Part shown: positions 17,790 through 28,300 of the stretch, in pieces
Position numbering within the stretch: position 1 is the first letter of the stretch
Layout of the letters: every line of letters begins with the position of its first letter
Source: Aduncisulcus paluster
Taxonomy: Eukaryota
Direction: 5' to 3'
Length of the DNA stretch: 36,139 nt
Assembly: GCA_024181965.1 (NCBI GenBank)
Contig: BQXS01012625.1
Coordinates: 1-36,139, forward strand
Program-made: the position numbers and the translations under genes
Notes under the pieces: model-generated
Seen by the model: the letters and a program-made list of their open reading frames with translations, nothing else
What the model was told of the DNA's origin: nothing
Database searches by the model: none

Positions 17790-20171
17790 ATGGATCATAA
17801 TGGAAACAATCCAAATGCAATATCTCATATGATCTCTGATGCATCCCCCACGAAGATGGATTGTGATGATTCCTCTTTTCCAGCTTCAAAAATAGATTTG
17901 TCAAAGGAAAAATATGCTATAAAAGATGGTGTTAATTGCGATGAAGTTTCTGATTCTTCGATTCCCACAACCATTGGTTCCCAAAAAACTATCGCTGGTT
18001 CTTCCAAAGGTCAAAAAATTAACCAAACTGAAAAATTATCTGAAATATCCTCTCCAAAACTCCAAAAAAGTTGTAAATCCACATCAAATCATCAAGAAAT
18101 TCCTCATAGAAATCCCCTCTTGACTCGAACGATTGCTCCACCACCTATACCTGTTCCAAGGCCAAAATCCGTTATATCTAGCATTAATCCAATGCAAAAA
18201 GATGCAAAGAATGATCAGAAACCCGATATTTCTTCCATTTTAGAAGAGGAAATATCTGAAGATTCCTCCTCTGCACATCCTGACACTCAATCATCCTCAT
18301 ATGAACATTCTTCTTCTCCCAATATCTCTTCTCAGACGGTTCAAAATGCTTCTCTATCTCCTAATTCATCTCTTATTCATCTGCAACGATCAATTACTTT
18401 TTCTCATCGTCAAAAAAAACTATTTGAAGAGCAACTTTCTTTTCTGCGTTCCAAAAATAGATCTCTTCAATCAGCAAATGATTCTCTTCGATTGAATATT
18501 GTCTCTCTTCAACGGGACCAAAGGAAGAAAGCTATAGATCATGAACAACAACTTCTAATGATCTCAAAGTTGCATTTACAAGAAATAACGAAGCAAAAAA
18601 AGGAATATTCGATCGCACTTTCACATATTTCTCTGCAACAAAAGCAGATAGAAGAGATGTCATCCCTTCTCTCTGAAGCCCTTCAAAATGAGTCCAAAGT
18701 CGGTCAAGAAAACAAACAACTCATACTACGAGTGGATATGCTTAAGAAACATTTAAAGGGCGTTCTTACAAGCCAAGATGATATCGTTCAGAGAATTAAA
18801 AACATGTCTATAAAAGAAAGCAAGATAAAGTCGACTATTTCATTCTTGGATACCCGTGTTGGCACTGTTGAAGGTCAGCGTGAGGCTTGGACATCACGAA
18901 TGAGGAGTGCATCCGAACGTGTTGGTTTCCTTGAGAGTGAAGTGGAAGGACTATGGGGAATTTTAGAACATCAGGAGGAGAAGAAATGCAATGATACTTT
19001 CAAATATGATATTGGAATCCAAGCAACTCCTCTAACCTCTATTTCCAAGCCATCCTCACCTGTCGTTTCTTCTATTGCTGCCTCAAGTGATTGTCGTCTT
19101 GTAAATTCATCTGTTCAAGTCAATGCTCCGTATTCCCTGTCTTCATGGGTCGAATCAATATCGTCCAGTAATCTCGGATCTAAAGCGGCAGAAAAAGGGT
19201 CATTTTCTGTGGGAACTAAGATTGGAACCGATCCAGAACAAGACCAGTTCTCATCAATCCTACAGCTTTGTTCAGAAGTTATCCAAAAGTCTTCTTGTCT
19301 CTCTTCAAATTTATCTGGAGCTTTACATTCTATTTCGGACTCATTCAAGGTCCAGAAGGAATTGTACACTGTCAGAGCCACTCATATATGCCAAGAAATA
19401 GATCAAGCAGTTTCTAATGCTGGTCTTTCTCAAGAATCTATAATTGGAACACAAAAAGAAGGAATTGAGGAGAGGAGAAAAGGAGAAGAGGGAGAGGGAG
19501 AGGAAAATGAAATAGAAGGGCCATCATCAGCAAACAAATCTATAAATAGAATTGAGAACGAAACAACTGAAATATTCAAAACAAAAGATGTTCCTGTTCA
19601 TGAAAAATCAAAAGAGGAGGAAGAAAAGGAAGAAGATTTCAAAGTGTCGCTCTCTTCTTCAACTCGGTCTCAAAAAGACAATCACCAAAATGCTTCTTCT
19701 TCTCGAATACAAACCCCTCGATCCTCTACATTTCTTGAACGAACTGAAAGAGAGAGAGCTGGAGACTGGGATAAAGAGAACGATTCAGAGCTCCGTGATT
19801 CAAGTCAACCATCTTCCTCCTCTTCCTCCTCTTCCTCCTCTTCCTCCTCTTCCTCCTCTTCAACACCTCCAATGTCTCCAACATCAATGTGGTTGACATC
19901 CCGCACAGAACATGACCATCACATCCATCAAAGCTCTGAATCTGCTCAAATGTCAAAGCAGAAAGATCACAAAGTTCCAGCAAGGGAAGAAATGCGAAGA
20001 ATTCCATTATCATCTGAGGGAAATGAAACTGCAACTGAGCGAGATCCTTTGGAAGTGACATCAGATGAGAAAGCCATCGTCACTGGGAAGCGTGGTGGAG
20101 GTGCAATGTTCGAATTGAAAAGGAAAAAGGAGAGAAAGAAAAGGGTTTTATCATACCCAATTGATTTGTAA
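17790..20171 (+). CDS. Ser-rich protein with a central coiled coil, ~793 aa
   Basis: First ATG at 17790 (the track starts at TTG 17781). Coiled coil at ~18380-18980, with low-complexity termini. Confidence 0.8.
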   Translation: MDHNGNNPNAISHMISDASPTKMDCDDSSFPASKIDLSKEKYAIKDGVNCDEVSDSSIPTTIGSQKTIAGSSKGQKINQTEKLSEISSPKLQKSCKSTSNHQEIPHRNPLLTRTIAPPPIPVPRPKSVISSINPMQKDAKNDQKPDISSILEEEISEDSSSAHPDTQSSSYEHSSSPNISSQTVQNASLSPNSSLIHLQRSITFSHRQKKLFEEQLSFLRSKNRSLQSANDSLRLNIVSLQRDQRKKAIDHEQQLLMISKLHLQEITKQKKEYSIALSHISLQQKQIEEMSSLLSEALQNESKVGQENKQLILRVDMLKKHLKGVLTSQDDIVQRIKNMSIKESKIKSTISFLDTRVGTVEGQREAWTSRMRSASERVGFLESEVEGLWGILEHQEEKKCNDTFKYDIGIQATPLTSISKPSSPVVSSIAASSDCRLVNSSVQVNAPYSLSSWVESISSSNLGSKAAEKGSFSVGTKIGTDPEQDQFSSILQLCSEVIQKSSCLSSNLSGALHSISDSFKVQKELYTVRATHICQEIDQAVSNAGLSQESIIGTQKEGIEERRKGEEGEGEENEIEGPSSANKSINRIENETTEIFKTKDVPVHEKSKEEEEKEEDFKVSLSSSTRSQKDNHQNASSSRIQTPRSSTFLERTERERAGDWDKENDSELRDSSQPSSSSSSSSSSSSSSSSSTPPMSPTSMWLTSRTEHDHHIHQSSESAQMSKQKDHKVPAREEMRRIPLSSEGNETATERDPLEVTSDEKAIVTGKRGGGAMFELKRKKERKKRVLSYPIDL
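19812..19860 (+). repeat. Coding (TCTTCCTCC)5 repeat encoding poly-Ser
   Basis: Five perfect 9-bp units plus a partial. Confidence 0.9.
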
Positions 20172-20785
20172 TGATCCTGTATTCACAGTACTATGGAAAA
20201 TATCCCTAATATCCTAAAAAAAATAAAGATAATCGTGCAACGATGGAACAATTCTTTAATTCGTCATCAAAATAGATTTTTACTTTGAAATCCAACATAT
20301 TTATTAGAATTATATTGACCATTTCATCGAGAAATGTAAAACTAGAGTTTTCTTCTGTTTAGTGGAGGAAAGTATTCCATTATTAGTAAGAATTCCATTA
20401 TCATCTGAGGGAAATGAAACTGCAACTGAGCGAGATCCTTTGGAAGTGACATCAGATGAGAAAGCCATCGTCACTGGGAAGCGTGGTGGAGGTGCAATGT
20501 TCGAATTGAAAAGGAAAAAGGAGAGAAAGAAAAGGGTTTTATCATACCCAATTGATTTGTAATGATCCTGTATTCACAGTACTATGGAAAATATCCCTAA
20601 TATCCTAAAAAAAATAAAGATAATCGTGCAACGATGGAACAATTCTTTAATTCGTCATCAAAATAGATTTTTACTTTGAAATCCAACATATTTATTAGAA
20701 TTATATTGACCATTTCATCGAGAAATGTAAAACTAGAGTTTTCTTCTGTTTAGTGGAGGAAAGTATTCCATTATTAGTAAGAATT
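19997..20785. repeat. 391-bp direct tandem duplication covering the 3' end and 3' flank of the 793-aa gene
   Basis: 19997-20387 equals 20388-20778. The 7-mer AAGAATT occurs at 19997, 20388 and 20779. This explains track ORF 20362..20562. Confidence 0.9.
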
Positions 20786-21098
20786 GTTATTCATTTACTT
20801 ATTGCTAACATAAAATGCCCATAGAAATTCCAGTAGCAATTGATAGAACCGATTTTTGATAAATTCGAGTTTATTGATTTAGTACAAGTATGAAAACATT
20901 ATGGATTCGTAATTGAGATTATCGCTCTTGATAAGAGTTATTTTATGATTTTATATTTTCATTGAATGAGTTTTTAAGCAGAATGAAAAGATTTTTTGAC
21001 ATGTTCATTTTGACATCTCCAATTTCTCCAGGGCCTCCTATCTTTTTTGGATTTTACCGTTACCATTATATTGGATTTTTATTGATTTTATTCTGACA

Positions 21099-24000
21099 AT
21101 GGATGTTTCTTCCGTTGTTCCAATTAAAGTTCCGTTTTCAGGCAAATGTCTAAAATTCATTCTTAAAGTGACAGAATGGATAGAAAAATACGGTAGATTA
21201 CCTCGTCACAATGAACTTCAACGTCCTGCTCAAATATCTATTCTTATTGAATCTCTAATGGCAGCTTCTTTTCTCCAAATGAATGACGTCATGAGATATC
21301 TCGCTATAATTATCGCTAAACATAGAAATATCAATGCTAGAATCTTATCATCTTTACCGAATGACGCTCTTAACGAGGTTTTACTCCATATTCCCATCGC
21401 ACAATTATTCCGACTACCAGAATCCATCATGACTGAAAAAAAATGGTTTCTGTTGATTCATGGAAAGTTTCATCTTTCAAAACGTGCTATAGCCACCCTT
21501 CAACAAATGGGCAAACGAGCTCAAAAGATAGCTCAAAGATTTAAGGGGAATTCAGGTGTGAGAGCTGCTGCCCGAAGTATTCTATCTCCAGATGAGAATG
21601 ATGCCAAAAGAATGGCCCCACTTGAGCTCGGTAAGGTAGAACGTGGTGGAATTGCTTTAGCTGGAATGAAAGAAGGAGAAGATGTAACTTTGTTATCTCC
21701 CATTCTGCGTGAAGGAAGGATTGTTGACACATCTGATCGACGCAAACAGGTTTTAGCCGATGAACATGAGAGTGAATCGTCCACTATTGCTGGCAACGTT
21801 AGCAGCACAAAACAGATTCATACTAAGCAACCACCGTCTGCTGCTGATATAAAAATGAAGAAGAGGATTGCAGCACGTGAACCACAATCCATCCAAAGGT
21901 TATTCGGGGTTCCAATGCAAGGATCTTCACGTGAACAACCATCTCCATATATTCAGGAGAAAATTCGTCCCCAAACAGAAATTGTTCAGCCGAAAGAAAT
22001 ATTCTCACCCCTTCCAAGAACTCCCGGTCTTCGAAGAAAACGTCTTGAAGAGCAAAATAGAACAGTTTCTCAACAGCAGAGATCGTCTCCCTTGAGTAAT
22101 ATTTCCCACCAACAAAAACGACCAGCATCGATAACTCCTTCCCATCTCAAAGTTCCCTCTCTTTCCACAGTTGAAAAGGATGAAGAAGATGAGGGGGAAG
22201 AAGAGGAAGAGGAAGAAGAGGAAGATATCGTTGCGATAGCTTCAACAGGGAAAAGAAGCCGTCTTTCTCAATCATCTCGATCCCGAAACATATCAAAAGA
22301 AGACCATTCAGCATCTCCAATCATTGAAATGCGTAGGAAACAGATCCAAGCTCTTCAATCTATAAAGCATTCCAAGAGGAAATCTGGGTTGTACCAGCAA
22401 GTTTTAAGACATTCTCTCAATCGTCCTGAGAAAGGAATATCTCGAGGAGTTGCAACGGCACCTATTCGACGCAAAGAAGTGAAAAAAGTTAGCCATGACG
22501 CGTGGAGTAGAGTAGAAAAGAAACAGCGCATGGATGGGGGGGGGTTGACAGCTGGAAAGGATGAGGAGATTGAAGAGGATGAACAAGAGATGCTTGAAGC
22601 CTCAAATCCTCCCCAATTTGAGAAAGTTCCCGATATATCCATGTCTCCATCGTCATCCAATGCTTCTTCCTCTCAGACATTTAATGAGGAAGATGGATTC
22701 TATACTCCACATTCACCCATTGTTCATCTCTCTCAGCATCATTTAAGAGCTCCTCGACCTCGTTCCTCCATTTTCTGGGACTCTGATCGTGATAAAATGC
22801 CAGGCGAGGGCACATTTGGGGCTGGAAAAGATGAGGAGAAAGAAGAAGAGGCAGAACTGGATGAAGAAGATGCTGAAAGGGAGAGAGATCGAAGGCAACT
22901 CCACGAGAGAAGAAATCGACCAAAAGGAAGATATTCAACCGTCGAAGAGGCATATTCTGAAGAATCTGAAAAAGATCAGGAAGTTCCTGATGAGGAAAAA
23001 TTCAGGCTGAGAGATGACGATGAAGCTAAATCAGTATCGTCATTCAGTGTCAGTGAATTTGGAGTTTCAAGTATCAGTGCTCTGAGTCATGTTAAAACTG
23101 TTCAAAAAACAAGAACGCCACATCCAATATTTTTGCCCAATTCGTATGAACAAGACAATGTATTTGCAGAGACAATGTTCTCTTCTTCTTCCGTTGAATT
23201 TTGGAAGCGTATTTATGCTCAATTATTTATACAGGCGTCTATTCTCGCTCTTCCTGAAGGCGATATTCACACAACATCGAATTTCTTAGGATCTGGTGTT
23301 CCTTCAGAGATTGCGGGAAGTGCTGCCTTAACTGAGCAAAGTGCAAGCCGTTCCAATTCATTCCTGCGGTCTCCAGAAGGCAGCAGTGAAGGTGATGAGG
23401 AAGAGATCGATGGTCTCCGACGTGAATCCCGTGCCATTGGATCTGGGCATCGAAGAGAACGTAGTTGGATGTCTGACGAAGATGCTGAACTTGTTGAACA
23501 TGATCGCCATGATCATCAGATTATTGGTCATCACACCCGTTCGTCTGCCCATGAGGATTCCATTCCATCTGATCATCCCCATCCTCACCAACTTCACGTT
23601 CATCCCAGACACCCCCATAGAGATAATCAAAGGCAAGCATCCACCATGCATAGAGTTCTTTCAGCCATCTCTAATCCTCTCCCTCCTTCTGAGCATTTTA
23701 GTGAAGGCAGTGAAGGTGAGTATGTTCTTCCATTTGATGAACTACCCGTTCCTCCTGAGGTTGTCGATAGTTTGAAGCGAGAGCGGCTATATCAGAACTC
23801 AATTCAGAATCTCCAAAGTGCCTTGAAGAAAGAAAAGGAGCAAGATCAAGCAGTGAAAGGGCTGTGGAGTCCCAAATCTCCGATATCAGAAATGGCTTCT
23901 ACTCAGGCCCGTGTTCTCCAGAAAGATCATAGAAAAGATGTGTTTATTAAATTCCTGAGATATGTTAAAGATCTATCCCCTCTCATTTCATCTCTTGTGA

Positions 24001-25109
24001 TCCGTCACCAGAGCCCTCTGATCGTTTCTGGAGCGTGTTCCTCTATTCTTCTGAGTGGGTGGGCAAGCAACCTTGTGAGTGTTGATCTTTCAAAGGTTGG
24101 ACTGGGGCCGACTCATGCATCCTCGATTTGTTCAGCTTTGATGAGCAACCCATCTGTGAAACGTCTTGTGTTGGGCAATAATCGAATTCGAGCCAAAGGA
24201 TGCGAAGATATTGCACGTCTAATTATGAACCCCGATTGTCACATTGAAACACTCCATCTTGAGCATAATGGAATAGGTCCTGAGGGTGCCCAATTCCTAG
24301 CTGAAGCCATCAAATATAATGTGTCCCTGAAGAAACTCAGCCTTGGATATAACCAGATACAAGAAGAAGGCGGGATTGCTATTGCCAATGCTCTTGTTCC
24401 AAGTGATCACAGCCAGAGGAAGCTCGGGAAAATACCAGGGAGAAAAAAGGCATCGACCGTCAATATCGTCACTCTTGATCTTGCCAATAACAATCTCCAA
24501 GACAAGGGAGCAAAGGCACTTGGAAAGATGCTGAAATCGAATACAAGTCTGAAAGTTCTCCGACTTTGGGATACATCGATGTCATTCTTGGCCGGAAAAA
24601 GTCTTCTCGAAGGAATGGAAGAAAATTCAACGCTAATTGATTTAGGAATTGGACCTAATGCCGGTTCTTCTGATGTTCGAGAGAAGATTGTCGCTATCTG
24701 TCACAAGAATAAGAGCGGATCTCTGAAGGACCATCTTCATGGATCTGAAGGTATTGGTGTCAAAAGTGATGAAGATGTTGATGTTTATGCATCAAGAAGG
24801 AGGAAAGAAAGAGATTTGCTGTATGGAAATGACATTCTGTGGGCGGATAAGTGGTATATTATCGATGAACATTGGTTAGATGAGTGGAGAACATTCGTCG
24901 CTTCTGATAGTCAATCTGCCCCGCCTGGACCAATTTCAAATGAACATTTGGTTGAAAAGGATGGAACACCAAAGAAAAACAAACGAAAATTGTATGATTA
25001 TCGAGGAGTGAGTGGGCAAGTTTGGAGATTGTTTGCCAGGATCTATGGTGGTGGGCCTGCAATCGTACGTCCTGTGATTGATTTGTATTCACCTCCTCTC
25101 GACGATTGA
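21099..25109 (+). CDS. 1336-aa protein: Skp1/BTB-like plus F-box-like N-terminus, long disordered middle, RNase-inhibitor-type LRRs, C-terminal DUSP domain
   Basis: 28-residue RI-like LRRs at ~24069-24660 (e.g. LHLEHNGIGPEGAQFLAEAIKYNVSLKKLSLGYNQI). DUSP at ~24831-25090 (WYIIDEHWLDEW, PPGPISNEHL, DYRGVSGQVWRLFARIYGGGPAI). The N-terminal assignments (LMAASFLQM; LSSLPNDALNEVLLHIP) are weaker. Confidence 0.88.
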   Translation: MDVSSVVPIKVPFSGKCLKFILKVTEWIEKYGRLPRHNELQRPAQISILIESLMAASFLQMNDVMRYLAIIIAKHRNINARILSSLPNDALNEVLLHIPIAQLFRLPESIMTEKKWFLLIHGKFHLSKRAIATLQQMGKRAQKIAQRFKGNSGVRAAARSILSPDENDAKRMAPLELGKVERGGIALAGMKEGEDVTLLSPILREGRIVDTSDRRKQVLADEHESESSTIAGNVSSTKQIHTKQPPSAADIKMKKRIAAREPQSIQRLFGVPMQGSSREQPSPYIQEKIRPQTEIVQPKEIFSPLPRTPGLRRKRLEEQNRTVSQQQRSSPLSNISHQQKRPASITPSHLKVPSLSTVEKDEEDEGEEEEEEEEEDIVAIASTGKRSRLSQSSRSRNISKEDHSASPIIEMRRKQIQALQSIKHSKRKSGLYQQVLRHSLNRPEKGISRGVATAPIRRKEVKKVSHDAWSRVEKKQRMDGGGLTAGKDEEIEEDEQEMLEASNPPQFEKVPDISMSPSSSNASSSQTFNEEDGFYTPHSPIVHLSQHHLRAPRPRSSIFWDSDRDKMPGEGTFGAGKDEEKEEEAELDEEDAERERDRRQLHERRNRPKGRYSTVEEAYSEESEKDQEVPDEEKFRLRDDDEAKSVSSFSVSEFGVSSISALSHVKTVQKTRTPHPIFLPNSYEQDNVFAETMFSSSSVEFWKRIYAQLFIQASILALPEGDIHTTSNFLGSGVPSEIAGSAALTEQSASRSNSFLRSPEGSSEGDEEEIDGLRRESRAIGSGHRRERSWMSDEDAELVEHDRHDHQIIGHHTRSSAHEDSIPSDHPHPHQLHVHPRHPHRDNQRQASTMHRVLSAISNPLPPSEHFSEGSEGEYVLPFDELPVPPEVVDSLKRERLYQNSIQNLQSALKKEKEQDQAVKGLWSPKSPISEMASTQARVLQKDHRKDVFIKFLRYVKDLSPLISSLVIRHQSPLIVSGACSSILLSGWASNLVSVDLSKVGLGPTHASSICSALMSNPSVKRLVLGNNRIRAKGCEDIARLIMNPDCHIETLHLEHNGIGPEGAQFLAEAIKYNVSLKKLSLGYNQIQEEGGIAIANALVPSDHSQRKLGKIPGRKKASTVNIVTLDLANNNLQDKGAKALGKMLKSNTSLKVLRLWDTSMSFLAGKSLLEGMEENSTLIDLGIGPNAGSSDVREKIVAICHKNKSGSLKDHLHGSEGIGVKSDEDVDVYASRRRKERDLLYGNDILWADKWYIIDEHWLDEWRTFVASDSQSAPPGPISNEHLVEKDGTPKKNKRKLYDYRGVSGQVWRLFARIYGGGPAIVRPVIDLYSPPLDD

Positions 25110-25368
25110 TGCTGCTATTTCCATGTAATGGGAGTCATGTTACACCGTATGTTATGAAGTCGAAATGTTTGATTCATTGATTTGCTGAACGAATAAACAT
25201 GAAATTTCAAATCTCAATTCAGTTTCTTGTCGATTATTTTTGTTCAAATTGCAAACCACAATAGAATAAGTGAAACAATTTCATTTTGTGGGCGATAGCA
25301 ACTTATCTTTGGCTGAATTGTTTCTTGTTTTTAACCAATTAATTAATTTACTACCATTTCAGCCACTC

Positions 25369-28300
25369 ATGTCAACTTATTATCGTTTTCCCTCTACTAT
25401 TACTAAATTGATCTGTCCAGGGCTACTTTGTCAACTTTTTCTTTTATTTTGGTTTTTTATTTGTGTTAATTCAACTAATCAAATAATTCAACATGGTAAA
25501 TTACGAAATAATGATTCATACTCCGATCGATCTTCATTTCTTGATCCATCTGCTGTCTATGAATATTATTTCGATTCTGAAATCTCTTTCAGTCAGAAAA
25601 TTTATAATTATGAATATTTTTCCCCCTCTATTAGTGCAAAATCATTTCAGGTTGATATTACTGATGATACGTTGAGAAACCATATGTGCAACGATTTATC
25701 GGCAAGTGACGGATGTGACATGTCTGTATTTGATTTGGCTACCATTTCCACTCTTAATGCTGGTCGAGCCGATGGATCAGGTGACTCTTCCTCTGCTGTT
25801 TTCGATCTGACTGGAATCCAGTATCTGATTGGTACGTATTCTCTGATAATCATGAACAATGGATTTTCTGATTTATCTGAAATTGCTTCGTTACCTCAGA
25901 TATCACACCTTAATATACATCAATGGACCGGATTCAATGATATCATTACTCTCTCTAGTTTGAGCTCTCTAAACTCTCTTCTTCGTTTCCATTTGATTGC
26001 TATCGATGGAATATCGTCAATTTATGACATCTCACCCATTTATCGTCAGGTTTCATTGAGGGAAATATACATGGGAAATATCTGGGAAAACGTTGGGATT
26101 TCTCTCTGTCACTCTGAAAATGAGGAAGAATTTAGAAGTTTTCTTTATTCTACTTTTCCTCTAATGTATATTAGTTCCGATTTCTATGATTACTATCTCC
26201 GTCCTAACGAATGTCCTCTCAGTTCTTCGACAAGTTGTGCGGGATATGCACAATGTCCATCTCTTTGGCTTAATGAAGTATATGACGGATCTGATAAGAA
26301 ATGTGCAACTATTGCATTGGAAGGTCCCTCAAATCAATGTTATACTGTTCATTCTAGTTACCTTCGAGACTATTTAGTCACGGAGTTTAGTTTATCATTA
26401 AATAATGGTATTTTGACAATACCAGAGATGCGTAGTTTTGTTGGTACTTTGACTGTTCCTTCTTCAAGTGTGGATTCCCTCAGAGGACTCGAATATGCCA
26501 CAGGTCTGACTGGTCTCGTGCTTGATGGGTATGATCTCAGTCATTCTGGTGATTACGACTCTGAGGCTGCCATTAATGACCGATTAGTGGTGAAGATATT
26601 GTCTCGGCATTCAGAAGCAATCCTTACCGATGATTATAATGGTGATGGATCGGATGTTACATTATCCTTTTCCTTTGGATTGACATCCCTCTCTCTTGAG
26701 TCATGTGGGATTAAACGAGTTGAAGATGTTCTTGATGTCGCTGACATACATTCCAATGATCCCAGAACAAAAGAATTTGCATTGACTAACATCAATTTGG
26801 GGGATAATGCAATATCCGATGTTTCCATATTTATGACATCGTCAATGTTTCTCCAAAACCAAACTTTAACTATGAACCTATCTGACAATTATATTTGTGA
26901 TGCCAATAACGTTTTATCAAAGTTGTTAAACCACTTTGATGGCTATGCTTCAATCACTATGGGTTCCCAATCATGTCCCTGTATTTGGGATGTTTCTTCG
27001 GATGATTTCAAGACTTGCAGATACATAGACGAAAATGTTTGGGCCGTGGAGTGTTGGAATGGGTATTATTGGAATGCCAACTCACAATCATGTGTTGCTG
27101 CTTCAGGTGAGTCTGAAGCCCTCAGGTGTAAAGCATGTGAAAGGTTGGAATATAAATCACCAGTTTTACTGAGCGGAGCAAGTGAAATAACATGTGGATG
27201 TCGGTCATTTACTTATTGCNNNNNNNNNNNNNNNNNNNNACTATGGGTTCCCAATCATGTCCCTGTATTTGGGATGTTTCTTCGGATGATTTCAAGACTT
27301 GCAGATACATAGACGAAAATGTTTGGGCCGTGGAGTGTTGGAATGGGTATTATTGGAATGCCAACTCACAATCATGTGTTGCTGCTTCAGGTGAGTCTGA
27401 AGCCCTCAGGTGTAAAGCATGTGAAAGGTTGGAATATAAATCACCAGTTTTACTGAGCGGAGCAAGTGAAATAACATGTGGATGTCGGTATGGTTTTCAC
27501 GGCGATGAATGTAAATATCTCGACATCTCTGACGATGGACTTCGTGCAGGGATATGTTTAGCCCTCAGTCGATCAGAATCATGTGACGATATCACTATTC
27601 TTGATATGAAATCCATCACTTCTATCACTGCATCTTCTGTTGATGATTTAGATGGACTTGAATTCGCTGAAAATCTAACTAGTTTATATATTTTCGGCGT
27701 TAATGATCGATTAACACCCTGGACATTGAGTTATTTGCAATCATATATTGCTGATTCTAGTATTATTGAATCTTTAACGTTGGATTCCGCGATTATTGAG
27801 TCCAATATGGATTTTTCTTCTTTTTCTTCTTTGAAATATCTTGATATTTCAAATAATACTGAGTTTGAAATGGTAGATGGATCTGATAAATTCCCTTCAA
27901 CGCTTCAAACTCTTATAATAAGTGGAAATACTGGGATATCAGATATTCATGCTTTCTTGGCTTCACTTTCTGATGATGGAACCAGTATCTTCGCTCAGCT
28001 TTCAACTCTTGATGTTAGTTCGACAAATTTCAATTCTTTCCAAAACATTCCAAATTCTGTGACAAATCTCAATGTTGATAGTACCCAAATATCATCTTTT
28101 CAATATTTGTCTTCCAATATCAACTCATTGCACGCATCGAATTGTTCTAGTTTAAATTGTTTCAGTGATGAATTTCTTAGCAACCTCATACATTTAACTT
28201 CCCTCTATCTCAATAATTCTGGGGTGACAGTAGAGCCATTTCTTGGGGATATTGTGGAATATTTGGATAATATTATTACGCTTGAGTTAATTGGAAATTT

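Noticed and set aside
20362-20562. 66-aa ORF identical to the end of the 793-aa protein
   Set aside because: GTG-started fragment created by the 391-bp duplication; not an independent gene.
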